The notes under the pieces: generated by a model
What the model was told of the DNA's origin: nothing
The model's input: the letters and a program-made list of their open reading frames with translations, nothing else
The model's database searches: none
DNA from: an uncultured Amylibacter sp.
Lineage (GTDB): Bacteria > Pseudomonadota > Alphaproteobacteria > Rhodobacterales > Rhodobacteraceae
Direction: 5' to 3'
DNA length: 64,000 bases
Assembly: GCA_905182285.1 (NCBI GenBank)
Contig: CAJJAY010000007.1
Location: 60,825 to 124,824, forward strand
Translations under genes and position numbers: made by a program
In this document: positions 1-11,300 of the stretch, piece by piece
How the letters are laid out: every line of letters starts with the position of its first letter
Position numbering within the stretch: the stretch's first letter is position 1

Positions 1-1443
1 TTTGCTGAAGAGTGTTCAGATGGCCCCACAGTTGGAATAGGTGTTCCAATGCGTGACGGTGATAAAGTATATAATGCATATGCTATTTTGCAAAATGGTA
101 AAATTTTAACGCAAATTTGCAAACATCATTTACCTAATTATAAAGTTTTTGATGAAAAACGCGTTTTCAGTAGTGGTGAAATTCACGGTCCATATGTTGT
201 TAATGGTGTCAGAATTGGATCCCCAATTTGTGAAGATGCATGGTTTTCTGACGTTTGTGAGACATTGGAGGAGACTGGAGCTGAAATTTTAATTAGCCCT
301 AATGGTTCACCTTATTATCGAGGTAAGTTCGATAAACGTATATCACTAATGGTAAGTCGAGCGGTAGAAAATAAACTTCCAATGGCATATTTAAATCTTG
401 TGGGTGGGCAAGATGATCAGGTTTTTGATGGAGGCTCATTTGTAATTAATTCAGATGGTGCATTGGCACTTCAAATGCCATTATTTGAAGAAAAAATTGA
501 AACAATTACTTTCAAAAGAACATCAGTTGGCTGGGTCGCTGAAGAAGGTATAAAGTCATCATATCCTGATCATTGGGAGCAGGACTATCATGTAATGGTG
601 TTAGCATTAAGAGATTATATGGAAAAGACTGGCTTTAAAAAAGCTCTTCTTGGAATGTCTGGAGGTATTGATTCCGCACTTGTCGCAGCAATTGCCTGTG
701 ATGCTTTAGGTTCTGATAATGTACGTTTGATTATGTTACCTTCAGAGTATACCAGTAAAAACAGTTTAGAAGATGCTACAAATTGTGCTAATTCATTAGA
801 AGCTAAAATACAAACAATACCAATATCAGAAAGTTTCAACGTTGTTTTAAGCACATTAGAACCAATTTTTGATGGTCTAGAACCAGATACAACTGAAGAA
901 AATATACAGTCCAGGCTTCGTGGACTATTATTAATGAGTTTATCAAATAAGTTTAATGAAATGCTACTGACTACTGGAAATAAGTCTGAAGTATCGGTTG
1001 GGTATTCAACTATTTATGGGGATATGGCTGGTGGGTATAATCCAATAAAAGATCTTTATAAAACGCGTGTCTTTGAGACATGTCGATGGAGAAATAAAAA
1101 TCATTTTTCATGGATGAAAGGTCCAAAAGGTAACGTTATTCCAGATGAAATAATAAATAAGCCACCAACTGCAGAATTAAGAAATAACCAAAAAGACTCA
1201 GATAGTTTGCCAGATTATGAAATCTTGGATGGAATTCTAGAGATGCTTATGGATAATGATGCTTCTGTTGCTGATTGTGTTGCGGCTGGATATGATCGAA
1301 ATGTTGTGAAACACGTGGAGAACTTATTGTACATTTCAGAATATAAAAGATTCCAATCAGCACCTGGGGCAAGATTATCGCTAAAAGCTTTTTGGTTAGA
1401 TAGGCGTTATCCTATTGCAAACAGATGGCGAGATAATAAATAA
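1..1443 (+). CDS. nadE: Glutamine-dependent NAD+ synthetase (5'-truncated by the window edge)
   Basis: Frame is open from base 1. Nitrilase-domain motifs (KHHLPNYKVFDEKR, ICED) plus the synthetase motifs SGGIDS, ENIQSR and TTGNKSE. Confidence 0.96.
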   Translation, partial: FAEECSDGPTVGIGVPMRDGDKVYNAYAILQNGKILTQICKHHLPNYKVFDEKRVFSSGEIHGPYVVNGVRIGSPICEDAWFSDVCETLEETGAEILISPNGSPYYRGKFDKRISLMVSRAVENKLPMAYLNLVGGQDDQVFDGGSFVINSDGALALQMPLFEEKIETITFKRTSVGWVAEEGIKSSYPDHWEQDYHVMVLALRDYMEKTGFKKALLGMSGGIDSALVAAIACDALGSDNVRLIMLPSEYTSKNSLEDATNCANSLEAKIQTIPISESFNVVLSTLEPIFDGLEPDTTEENIQSRLRGLLLMSLSNKFNEMLLTTGNKSEVSVGYSTIYGDMAGGYNPIKDLYKTRVFETCRWRNKNHFSWMKGPKGNVIPDEIINKPPTAELRNNQKDSDSLPDYEILDGILEMLMDNDASVADCVAAGYDRNVVKHVENLLYISEYKRFQSAPGARLSLKAFWLDRRYPIANRWRDNK

Positions 1444-1540
1444 ATATATAAACTAATTTGAAAATATTTGATATGATTTATGACCCTTGGACTCTCTAGA
1501 AATTCAGGCTATTGAAATTCAAACAGTAAAAGAGATTATA

Positions 1541-2857
1541 ATGAAAACTACACGTTTTGCACCAAGTCCAACAGGTTATATCCATGTTGGAAATTTACGC
1601 ACTGCATTATTTAATTATTTGATTGCACGTAAAAATGGGGGTGAATTTATTCTTAGATTAGATGATACAGACCCAGTTCGCTCTACTGATGAATATGCGG
1701 ATGCAATCAAAGAAGATTTAGCTTGGTTAGGTTTGCATTGGGATAGAGTGGAAAAACAATCAGATAGAATAGATCAATATAATGATAGTGCTGAAAAATT
1801 ACGTAAATCTGGTCGTCTTTATGAATGTTTTGAGACTCCTGTTGAGTTAGATTTAAAGCGTAAAAAACAATTAAATATGGGCAAACCTCCAGTTTATGAT
1901 CGATCCGCTTTATTACTGTCAGACGCAGAAATCCAGAGTCTAAGATTAAATCGTGAGGGGCATTGGAGATTTAAATTAGATTTAGAGCGTATAAATTGGA
2001 AAGATGGTATATTAGGTGATCTATCTATTGATGCTGCATCAGTTTCTGACCCCGTTTTAATTCGTGGAGATGGTCAATTTCTTTATACAATGGCATCTGT
2101 TTGTGATGATATTGATTTTGGAATTACTAGTGTAGTACGTGGATCTGATCACGTTACAAATACCGCTACGCAGATTCAAATAATTGAAGCCTTGAATGGT
2201 AATGTCCCAAGTTTTGCTCATCACTCATTACTAACTGGACCCAAAGGTGAACCTTTATCAAAGAGATTAGGCACATTATCTTTAAGAGATTTACGTGCAA
2301 ATGGATTAGAGCCAATGGCAATATTATCATATATGTCCAGATTAGGTTCAAGCGAACCTATAGAATTATTTGATAATTTATCAGATTTAACTGAGAATTT
2401 TAATATTTCTAATTTTGGAGCTCAACCTACGAAATTTGATCTAAATGATATCAGCCCAATTTCGAAAAAATATATTTCTGGATTAGATGTCTCTGTTGTA
2501 TCAGAATTTTTATTAAATTCAGGTATTCCAGCTGATAAAATTCCAGATTTTTGGCTAATGGTAAGAGATAACATTAATACTCAAGCAGAAGTTAAAAATT
2601 GGTGGAGCATATGTTTTGAAGGTGTAACGCCATTGATTGATAAAGAAGATTTAGAATTTATTAGTATTGCAAAATCATTATTACCGGTAGGTACATTTGA
2701 TGAAAATACATGGAAAATTTGGACTTCTGAAATAAAAGAAGTTACGGGACGTAAAGGTAAGGCTTTATTTATGCCCCTTCGTAAAGCGTTAACAGGGGTG
2801 GAGCATGGTCCAGACATGTCAAAACTACTACCCTTGTTACAAAAAATAAATATTTAA
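1541..2857 (+). CDS. gltX: Glutamate--tRNA ligase (short alphaproteobacterial second-copy type)
   Basis: TRFAPSPTGYIHVGN (HIGH motif), RGSDH and LSKR (KMSKS equivalent). ATG at 1541 preferred over the TTG at 1487. Confidence 0.95.
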   Translation: MKTTRFAPSPTGYIHVGNLRTALFNYLIARKNGGEFILRLDDTDPVRSTDEYADAIKEDLAWLGLHWDRVEKQSDRIDQYNDSAEKLRKSGRLYECFETPVELDLKRKKQLNMGKPPVYDRSALLLSDAEIQSLRLNREGHWRFKLDLERINWKDGILGDLSIDAASVSDPVLIRGDGQFLYTMASVCDDIDFGITSVVRGSDHVTNTATQIQIIEALNGNVPSFAHHSLLTGPKGEPLSKRLGTLSLRDLRANGLEPMAILSYMSRLGSSEPIELFDNLSDLTENFNISNFGAQPTKFDLNDISPISKKYISGLDVSVVSEFLLNSGIPADKIPDFWLMVRDNINTQAEVKNWWSICFEGVTPLIDKEDLEFISIAKSLLPVGTFDENTWKIWTSEIKEVTGRKGKALFMPLRKALTGVEHGPDMSKLLPLLQKINI

Positions 2858-2871
2858 TTTTTCTTTAAATT

Positions 2872-2899
2872 TACCACCCTTCAATTTTGAAGGGTGGTA
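2872..2899. terminator. Likely bidirectional terminator hairpin between convergent gltX and the ABC permease
   Basis: Perfect inverted repeat TACCACCCTTCAA-tt-TTGAAGGGTGGTA. Confidence 0.8.
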
Positions 2900-2907
2900 T
2901 CTAAAAT

Positions 2908-4296
2908 TTAGCCACGGCCTTTCCAAGGTATTAGTCGGCTTTCCGCTTTGCGCATTAATACTTCGATTGCAAATCCAATAATTCCAATAATAATAATACC
3001 AATAATAACAATATCTGTTAATTGAAATTTAGAAGCTGCAATAATCATTTTACCAGCACCTTTTTCGGCAGCAACAAGTTCGGCAGCAACCACTGTTCCC
3101 CAACAAACTCCCATTGCAACTCTTGCACCGGTAAATATTTCTGGAAGTGAGTTGGGTAATATTACTTTGAGCAGTAATTGTTTTTTTGTAGCGCCTAAAG
3201 AATAAGCTGCATGGACTTTTGAAATATTAACACCTGAAACTCCTGCTCGCGCAGCAATGGTCATAATCCAAAGAGCAGCGAGGAATAAAAGACTTATTTT
3301 TCCTTGCTCCCCGATTCCAAACCAAATGATGATTAATGGAATTAATGCGAGTGGTGGAACTGGTCGCATAAACTCTACAATTGGATCAAACCACCCACGG
3401 AACCAATTTGAAAGTCCCATTGCAAATCCTAGAGGAATACCAAATAGGCATCCTAATGAAAAACCTAAAATTACTCGAATTAAAGACCAAAACACATTTT
3501 CCCATAGTCCAACATTCGTATAACCTTCTTTATTGAGCTTCAAGAAGCTTTTCCAAACGTCTTCTGGCGCTGGTAAATATAATGCTTCCATTGTCATTCC
3601 TGCATAAGGACGAATTTGCATGCTACCTTTAGAAGTTAATAAAACTTCACCATTACCAAAGTTAATTTTTTCATTCCTAGATATTGGCTGGCCATTAATT
3701 TCTATAATATTAAAACCTTCAGTTTCTTTTGCGCCGATCTTTTTAGCGGAAAGTAATGCTGTCCGTCTTTCACGTACTTTTATTGCACTATTTTTTGCAA
3801 AACCTGACATAGAATTATCAGCTTTTTCAAGCTTTGGTTTATCGTTAAAAGTGTGTACCAGTAAATTTACAGTACCTTTGTCTCTTTTTCCGTAACTATC
3901 TTCTGCGGTATACTCAAAACTAGTTTTACCTAAAAATGGTGCTGGCAATTGGATTGGTCCTAGTAGGCTGGATCCAGTTGCTAGTCCCCAAAAAAAGAAG
4001 ATTGCAACTACAGATGCAACAGAAGCAAATCTGTTTGCAACAACAGCACTTTCATCGCCAAAGGTTACTGTTTTTAAACTTGTATAGCCTTTAGCTTTAT
4101 TACGACTATCAATGAAGAATTTGTGAATAACCCAACTGGCTGCACTAAATATCATGTAGATTATGAATATTATAGCAATTCCAAAGACCATCCAAATTGT
4201 CGTGGATAATAAACCGGCAACCTCACTACCCTCAGGCATGTTGAACCAAAAAAAATTACTTATCGAAGCAGTAATAGGTGTAATTGAATTTATCAT
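2908..4296 (-). CDS. Taurine/sulfonate/nitrate-family ABC transporter permease (TauC-like) with a large periplasmic insertion
   Basis: C-terminal BPD_transp_1 domain (RPVPPLALIP, EAA-like AAYSLGA); in an operon with an ATPase and a binding protein. Confidence 0.85.
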   Translation of the reverse strand: MINSITPITASISNFFWFNMPEGSEVAGLLSTTIWMVFGIAIIFIIYMIFSAASWVIHKFFIDSRNKAKGYTSLKTVTFGDESAVVANRFASVASVVAIFFFWGLATGSSLLGPIQLPAPFLGKTSFEYTAEDSYGKRDKGTVNLLVHTFNDKPKLEKADNSMSGFAKNSAIKVRERRTALLSAKKIGAKETEGFNIIEINGQPISRNEKINFGNGEVLLTSKGSMQIRPYAGMTMEALYLPAPEDVWKSFLKLNKEGYTNVGLWENVFWSLIRVILGFSLGCLFGIPLGFAMGLSNWFRGWFDPIVEFMRPVPPLALIPLIIIWFGIGEQGKISLLFLAALWIMTIAARAGVSGVNISKVHAAYSLGATKKQLLLKVILPNSLPEIFTGARVAMGVCWGTVVAAELVAAEKGAGKMIIAASKFQLTDIVIIGIIIIGIIGFAIEVLMRKAESRLIPWKGRG

Positions 4297-4297
4297 A

Positions 4298-5110
4298 CTA
4301 GCTCTCCGCTCTTCCCATAATTTCTTCTTCCATATTCCAAATCATGTTGAGAATCTCATCACGTGTAGGGCCAAATTTTTTATGTCGCTTTATTTCGCGT
4401 AGATCAGCGCCAACCCCTAATTCAGCAAAGGGTAAATTATATTCTTTATGTATTCTTCCAGGACGAGGAGCCATTACGATTAAACGTTCACCCAATAATA
4501 ATGCTTCTTCAACAGAGTGTGTAATTAAAATAATGGTTTTACCGGTCTTTTTCCATATATCTAACACCAATGATTGCATTTTTTCTCTAGTTAAAGCGTC
4601 CAATGCTCCCAACGGTTCGTCCATAAGTATAACATCAGGGTCATTTGCTAAACATCTTGCTAAAGCAACACGTTGTTGCATTCCGCCTGACATTTCATAA
4701 ATCATTTTATCTGCAAAATCTTGTAGGCCAACAATATCTAATAATTCAGTTACTTTTTCATCAATTTCAGATTGGGGAGTACCTTTCATTTTAGGTCCAA
4801 AACCAATATTTTTTGAAACATTCATCCACTCGAATAAAGCACCCTGTTGGAACACCATGCCTCGTTCAGAACTTGGTTTTTTAACAACTTCGCCGTTAAG
4901 ATTTATTATCCCATCAGTTGGAGCTAAAAAGCCTGCAAGTATGTTTAATAAAGTAGTTTTACCACACCCAGAAGGGCCAAGCACTGAAACTAGCTCACCT
5001 TTTTGGATATTAAGATTAATGTTTTTTAAAGCTTCTACAGAACCACCATTCGGTAATTCAAAAGTCATCGAAACATCATTTATATTCAAGCCTGACATTA
5101 ATGTGTCCAT
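4298..5110 (-). CDS. ABC transporter ATP-binding subunit (TauB/SsuB/NrtD family)
   Basis: Walker A GPSGCGKTT, signature MSGGMQQR, Walker B ILMDEP. Confidence 0.92.
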   Translation of the reverse strand: MDTLMSGLNINDVSMTFELPNGGSVEALKNINLNIQKGELVSVLGPSGCGKTTLLNILAGFLAPTDGIINLNGEVVKKPSSERGMVFQQGALFEWMNVSKNIGFGPKMKGTPQSEIDEKVTELLDIVGLQDFADKMIYEMSGGMQQRVALARCLANDPDVILMDEPLGALDALTREKMQSLVLDIWKKTGKTIILITHSVEEALLLGERLIVMAPRPGRIHKEYNLPFAELGVGADLREIKRHKKFGPTRDEILNMIWNMEEEIMGRAES

Positions 5111-5128
5111 AAATAAAGTTTGTAAAAA

Positions 5129-5155
5129 GGGCGTGACAATTCATTTGTCACGCCC
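5129..5155 (-). terminator. Intra-operon hairpin after the binding-protein gene (partial terminator or mRNA stabiliser)
   Basis: GGGCGTGACAA / TTGTCACGCCC inverted repeat followed by a U-run on the minus strand. Confidence 0.75.
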
Positions 5156-5169
5156 AAAGAGTAATTAAA

Positions 5170-6159
5170 TTATTGAGCCGCTGCAGCTGCTAAATATGTA
5201 GTGTTAACCAAAGCATCATAATCGTCTAATGCTGTGATTTTACCGGCTGCTTCTAGAGCAAGTGCTTGACGTTTTAAATCGCCTGCTAACCATTTACCCA
5301 TCCACTGGTCAGACAGCTGTGTTTCAGCTGACATGAAAGCCATAACGCCTAAAATTGCTACTGTGCCTTCCATATCCATACCAGCTTCAATAGAAATTGC
5401 TTCATACATTGGCTCAGGGTTTTCAGCATACATTGCGTTCATGTCTGATGTCACTTTTAAGAAAGTAGTTACAACATCAGCATTTGCTTCAGCAAAAGAA
5501 CTAGGTGTTGAAGTTACATCGTAAATAACGCCTGATACAGCTTCTTTTTCAGGTCCTGAAAGCAATACGTTTCCGTGCTCTTTCATACGACGTAAAGGTC
5601 CACCCCATCCACAAACCATATCAAATTCACCAGATGCAAAAGCTGCTGCAGAATCTACTGGTGTCATATCAACAATTTTGAAATCACTTTCGGCTAAACC
5701 AAAGTGACCAATTTGTGCTAAAAAGTCAGAGTGAGCAGCTGTACCGATTGGTAAAGCAACTTGCTTACCTTTTAATTCAGCTGTGTTATCCGCATCGATT
5801 TCAAGTGATGAACGTACAACGCAATTATTGTTATCTGAATAAGTTTCAGCGATATCAATAACTTGTAAATCCTGCCCAGCAGCAGTCGCTACTAGAAAAG
5901 GTGTCACGCCTTGTGAATATGAAATATGTACATCACCAGATGCCATTGCAGCAGACATTGCAGTACCAGCGTCAAAAGAAACCCACTTTACTGGGATGCC
6001 TAATGCTTCATCATATAGTTTGTTGTGTTGTGCATATTGGTTAGCAGTTGGCCATTCCATGAAGTAGCCAACAACTAGTTCATCTAATGCCATTGCTGAT
6101 GTGCCTGTAGTTGCAGCAAGTGCAACAGCCATAGCTGTGAGTGTTTTTGTAATCTTCAT
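5170..6159 (-). CDS. ABC transporter periplasmic substrate-binding protein (TauA-like)
   Basis: Signal peptide (ATTGTSAMA), WVSFDAG...AMASGDV, LKGKQVALPIGTAAH. Confidence 0.85.
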   Translation of the reverse strand: MKITKTLTAMAVALAATTGTSAMALDELVVGYFMEWPTANQYAQHNKLYDEALGIPVKWVSFDAGTAMSAAMASGDVHISYSQGVTPFLVATAAGQDLQVIDIAETYSDNNNCVVRSSLEIDADNTAELKGKQVALPIGTAAHSDFLAQIGHFGLAESDFKIVDMTPVDSAAAFASGEFDMVCGWGGPLRRMKEHGNVLLSGPEKEAVSGVIYDVTSTPSSFAEANADVVTTFLKVTSDMNAMYAENPEPMYEAISIEAGMDMEGTVAILGVMAFMSAETQLSDQWMGKWLAGDLKRQALALEAAGKITALDDYDALVNTTYLAAAAAQ

Positions 6160-6394
6160 CTTGCGATCTCCCGTGTTGTTGCAAGTCTATCGCTTATTGC
6201 GACTTTTTAAATTCTGTTGATTAAACAACGAATCCGTAGGTTAGATTGCACCAATAACCCAATAATGACAAAGGTAAATATTTGTTGAATAAATTTGGGC
6301 TTTATTGCGCGACGAAAATACACAGATTCACGACAAATTTCGTTTTTAGAGGACTATTTTAAATATTTAAAATAGTTGATAGCGCTAACAAAAT

Positions 6395-8173
6395 TTATTG
6401 CCAAAGCATTTCAGGGGTAATTGATTCTATGGGTTCCCCACCAGTTTTTATTAATTGATGGTATTTTTGAATATTTGGTAAACAGTGAGATGCAAAAATA
6501 TTGGTGTATGAAAATTTAGCATCTAAAAATGTTAAACTCCAATTACCAGTGTTTTTTTGCTTTGATGCAGCATTTGCAGATCTAAGCGTCATCCATCCTC
6601 CACAAAGTGTTCCCATCATCATTAGAATTGGTACTGAAACGGCACTTAGTTGGCGTAATAATTTTTTATTTTCTACAATATAATTAATGGTATCATTTGC
6701 TAAATTAGCAGCATCTAAAAGCTGCTTTGAGCTAAAGTTTAAATTAATATCTGCTTCATTTATTACCTTAGCTTCAAGTTTGATTTCATTTATTAATTCT
6801 AAAATAGAAGATCCTTCGTCACGAAGTATTTTTCTATGTAATAAATCGTTTGCTTGTATGGCTGTTGTTCCTTCATAGATTGGCAATATTCGAGCATCTC
6901 TGTAGTGTTGTGCTGCACCAGTCTCTTCGATGAACCCCATTCCTCCATGGATTTGGATCCCATCTGATGCAATTGATACAGATCTTTCTGTCAACCATCC
7001 TTTCATAATTGGAATCATTAACTCTGATCGTGATAACCAAAATTTACTTTCAGAAGATTCATTTTTAGAAAGATCAATTGCGGCTGCTGTATAAAACATG
7101 ATACCACGCATAGCTTCAATTTCTGAACGCATTGAAGATAAAAGTCTCATAACATCCGGATGATGATGGATGCTATCACCTTCTTTTCTATCTAGCGGTA
7201 TTCCTTGAACACGTTCTGCAGCGTAAGATTTTGCTTGATGAAACGCACGATTGGAAATTGATAAACCCTGCACTCCGACGCCAAACCGAGCATCATTCAT
7301 CATTGCAAACATGATAGATAAACCTTGATTTTCTTCACCTACTAAAAATCCTATTGCACCTTGGTTCTCACCAAATTGTAATACAGTTGTTGGTGACCCA
7401 TTTATTCCTAATTTGTGTTCAATAGAAATGCATTTTACATCGTTTTTTTCGCCTAATGAACTATCGACATTTATTAAAAATTTAGGAACGATAAATAATG
7501 AGATACCTTTTATTCCACTTGGTGCTCCTTCAACACGAGCCAAAACTAGGTGGATAATATTTTCTGACATATCATGTTCACCATATGTGATATAGATTTT
7601 TTGTCCTTTAATGAGATAATGATTACCTTGACGAAATGCCATTGATTTCAAAGAACCTAAGTCAGTTCCAGCATGAGGTTCGGTCAAGTTCATAGTTCCA
7701 GTCCATGAGCCATCGATCAATTTTGGTAAATATGTTTGTTTTTGTTGTGGGGTTCCATATTTCTCCAAAGCGTGAATCTGTCCTTGGCTTAATAAGTGAC
7801 ATAATGAAAACGATATATTTGCAGAATGCCACATTTCTGCTGCAGCAGCAGAAATTATTTTTGATAAGTCTTGTCCGCCAAATTCTTCTGAAGCTTCTAT
7901 TGAGCACCAGCCTGCTTCACTCATCTCTTTATATGCTTCTTTAAAACCTTTTGGAGTTTTAACTGAGTTATCTGGTATCCATTTACATCCTTCTTGATCG
8001 CCTGAATGATTTAAAGGAGCTATGACATCACGTGCAAATTTTGCTGCTTCGTATAAAACTGCATCTACGGTATCATTTGAGATATCATGTATTTCGGAAA
8101 TAAGTTTATGTATTTCTGCTCCAAGTGCGTGTTGAATCGCAAATCTTAAATCATTTTCTGAAGCATCAAACAT
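6395..8173 (-). CDS. Acyl-CoA dehydrogenase, ~590-aa class (DmdC-like)
   Basis: GTMNLTEPHAGTDL, IEHKLGI, QIHGGMGFIEETGAAQ and IYEGTT motifs. Confidence 0.9.
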   Translation of the reverse strand: MFDASENDLRFAIQHALGAEIHKLISEIHDISNDTVDAVLYEAAKFARDVIAPLNHSGDQEGCKWIPDNSVKTPKGFKEAYKEMSEAGWCSIEASEEFGGQDLSKIISAAAAEMWHSANISFSLCHLLSQGQIHALEKYGTPQQKQTYLPKLIDGSWTGTMNLTEPHAGTDLGSLKSMAFRQGNHYLIKGQKIYITYGEHDMSENIIHLVLARVEGAPSGIKGISLFIVPKFLINVDSSLGEKNDVKCISIEHKLGINGSPTTVLQFGENQGAIGFLVGEENQGLSIMFAMMNDARFGVGVQGLSISNRAFHQAKSYAAERVQGIPLDRKEGDSIHHHPDVMRLLSSMRSEIEAMRGIMFYTAAAIDLSKNESSESKFWLSRSELMIPIMKGWLTERSVSIASDGIQIHGGMGFIEETGAAQHYRDARILPIYEGTTAIQANDLLHRKILRDEGSSILELINEIKLEAKVINEADINLNFSSKQLLDAANLANDTINYIVENKKLLRQLSAVSVPILMMMGTLCGGWMTLRSANAASKQKNTGNWSLTFLDAKFSYTNIFASHCLPNIQKYHQLIKTGGEPIESITPEMLWQ

Positions 8174-8318
8174 TTCGATTCCTTAAATCTTTTTTACTTT
8201 TTAACACTTGATCATTCTCAATACATTAAAAACGTTAGGTCACAGATATTATTTATTTAGTAAAAAATTAATCTAAATCTCACATTTAGTCTCCTTTGTT
8301 GTTCCGACATTGTAATGT

Positions 8319-11300
8319 ATGATGTACTATGAAAAAATGAAAAACATAAACCGATTCATACATTTGCGATTACACTCTGCTTACTCTTTATTAGAGGGAG
8401 CAATGCATGTTAAAAAATTACCAATTGTTGTTTCAAATGAAGGCATGCCAGCTGTTGCATTAACAGATACAAATAACATGTTTGGCGCATTAGAGTTTTC
8501 AGAATTGGCTTCTTCAGAGGGTGTGCAACCTATAATTGGTTGTCAGGTGGATTTAGCTTATATGACAGCTGATAATCCTCGTGATAAAAATCCAAAAGCA
8601 TTACCTATTGTGTTATTAGCCCAATCTGAAATTGGTTACCTTAATTTAATGAAGTTGAATTCATGTTTGTTTCTTGAGTCTGGTGAGGAAGCTCCACATA
8701 TAACAACTGCACAATTACAAAAATATAATCAGGGAATAATTTGTCTTACTGGCGGCGCATTAGGTCCTATTGGTAAATTGTTGCAAGAAAATCATATTGA
8801 TAAGGCAAAAATTTTATTAAAACACCTTTCTGAGATTTTTCTTAATCGCACATATGTTGAAATACAAAGGCATGGAAGTGATGAAGAAAAATATACATTA
8901 GAAGAGAAGAAAACTGAAAAGTACTTTTTAGAGATGGCGTATTCTTTGAGTTTGCCATTAGTAGCAACTAATGATGTATATTTTCCAAAACGTGAAATGT
9001 ATGCTGCACATGATGCATTATTATGTATTTCTGAAGGCTCTTATGTTGATCAACAAGCTGATAGACGAAGGCTTACTCCAGAACATTATTTTAAATCTTC
9101 AGAAGAGATGATTGCATTATTTTCTGATTTGCCTGAGGCAATTGATAATACTATAGAGATAGCTAAACGTTGCGCTTTTAAAGTATACAAACGTGACCCA
9201 ATCCTTCCAAAATTTGCTGAAGATGAGGTTCAAGAATTAAGACGGCAAGCTAATGATGGATTGCAAAAGCGATTAGACGTAATTCCTCATGCTTCGAGTG
9301 TAAAGGTTTATCAAGATAGGTTAAATTTCGAACTAGATATTATTGAAGGTATGGGGTTCCCTGGTTATTTTCTTATAGTAGCAGACTTTATACGTTGGTC
9401 AAAATCAAATGATATCCCAGTAGGACCAGGCCGTGGCTCAGGTGCTGGATCATTGGTTGCATATGCTTTAACAATTACCGACTTAGATCCGCTTCGTTAT
9501 TCTTTACTGTTTGAAAGATTTTTAAATCCAGAACGTGTATCTATGCCAGATTTTGATATTGATTTCTGCATGGACCGGAGAGAAGAAGTTATTCGGTATG
9601 TTCAAGAGAAATATGGCCGTGACCGCGTTGGTCAAATAATCACTTTTGGGGGATTGCTTTCAAAAGCAGCAATTCGTGATGTTGGAAGAGTTCTTCAAAT
9701 GCCGTATGGCCAGGTTGATCGCCTTTCAAAACTAATTCCTGTTGAGGGCGTTAAACCGGTAAGTATTGAAAAAGCATTAGCAGAAGAACCGCAGTTAAGA
9801 GAAATGGCAAAGTCAGAAGAAGTAGTAGATAGAATGCTTAAATATGCTCAACAAGTTGAGGGATTATTAAGAAATGCATCTACACACGCCGCTGGGGTTG
9901 TTATAGCTGATAGGCCAATTGATGAGCTTGTTCCATTATACCAAGACCCTAGATCAGATATGCCAGCTACACAATTCAATATGAAATGGGTTGAACAAGC
10001 TGGTTTGGTTAAATTTGATTTTTTAGGTTTAAAAACACTTACAGTAGTGAAGGGCGCTGTTGACTTGATTAAAAGACGTGGTGTTGATATTAATATTGAT
10101 GCAATTGATTTAGAAGATAAGGCTACATTTGAGTTATATGCAAGTGCAAAAACTGTTGCTGTATTTCAAGTTGAATCTAGTGGAATGATGGATGCACTGA
10201 GGCGAATGAAGCCAAATTGTATTGAAGATATTGTTGCGCTAGTTGCTTTATACCGACCCGGACCAATGGAGAATATTCCACAATATTGTGATGTAAAAAA
10301 TGGGCGTGCAGATAGGGAACTTATGCACCCTTCCATTGACCATTTGCTTGAGGAAACTCAAGGGATTATTGTTTATCAAGAGCAGGTTATGCAAATTGCT
10401 CAAGAAATGGCTGGGTATTCACTTGGAGGTGCTGATCTATTGCGACGTGCAATGGGTAAAAAAATCCAATCAGAAATGGATAAAGAGCGGCCTAAATTTC
10501 TCGAAGGTGCATCAAAAAATAGCGTAGATTCAAAGAAAGCTGAAGAGGTTTGGGATTTGCTCGATAAGTTTGCAAACTATGGATTTAATAAATCACATGC
10601 TGCTGCATATGCTGTTGTATCATATCAAACAGCTTGGCTAAAAGCTAATTATCCAGTTGAATTTATGGCTTCAGTTATGAATTGCGACCTTCATTTAACA
10701 GATAAACTTCATGTATATTTTGATGAAGTAAAGCGATTAGAAATACAAATTATTCCACCTTGCATCAATAGGTCAGAGTCCTTGTTTAGTGTAAATAATG
10801 GAATGATTGCATATGCATTAGGTGGACTGAAAAATGTGGGTTCAGAAGCAATGCGATTGTTTACGGATGCAAGAAAGAATGGTGGTCTATTTCTTGATTT
10901 AATAGACATTGCACGACGGGTTGACTTGAAGAGAGTTGGGAAGCGTCCATTAGAAATGCTTGTGAGAGCAGGTGCATTTGACCAATTAGATAGCAATCGT
11001 AAAAAAGTTTTTGAAAGTTTGGACGCATTGGTTGGGTATTCTTCAGCAACACATGAGGAAATGAATTCTTCTCAAGGAGGCCTTTTTGGAGATTCAGGTG
11101 AAGATTTGCCAGCGCCTAGATTGCCTATGCCTGAAGACTGGTTGCCCGTTGAGCGCTTGTCTGAAGAACATAAAGCAATTGGCTTTTATTTATCTGGCCA
11201 TCCACTAGATGACTATATGGGAGCATTAAAACGTAAAAATATTTTAACTTTGGAAGAGCTTGAACAAAAAGCACAAGGTGGAAAAATTATTGCAAAAATT

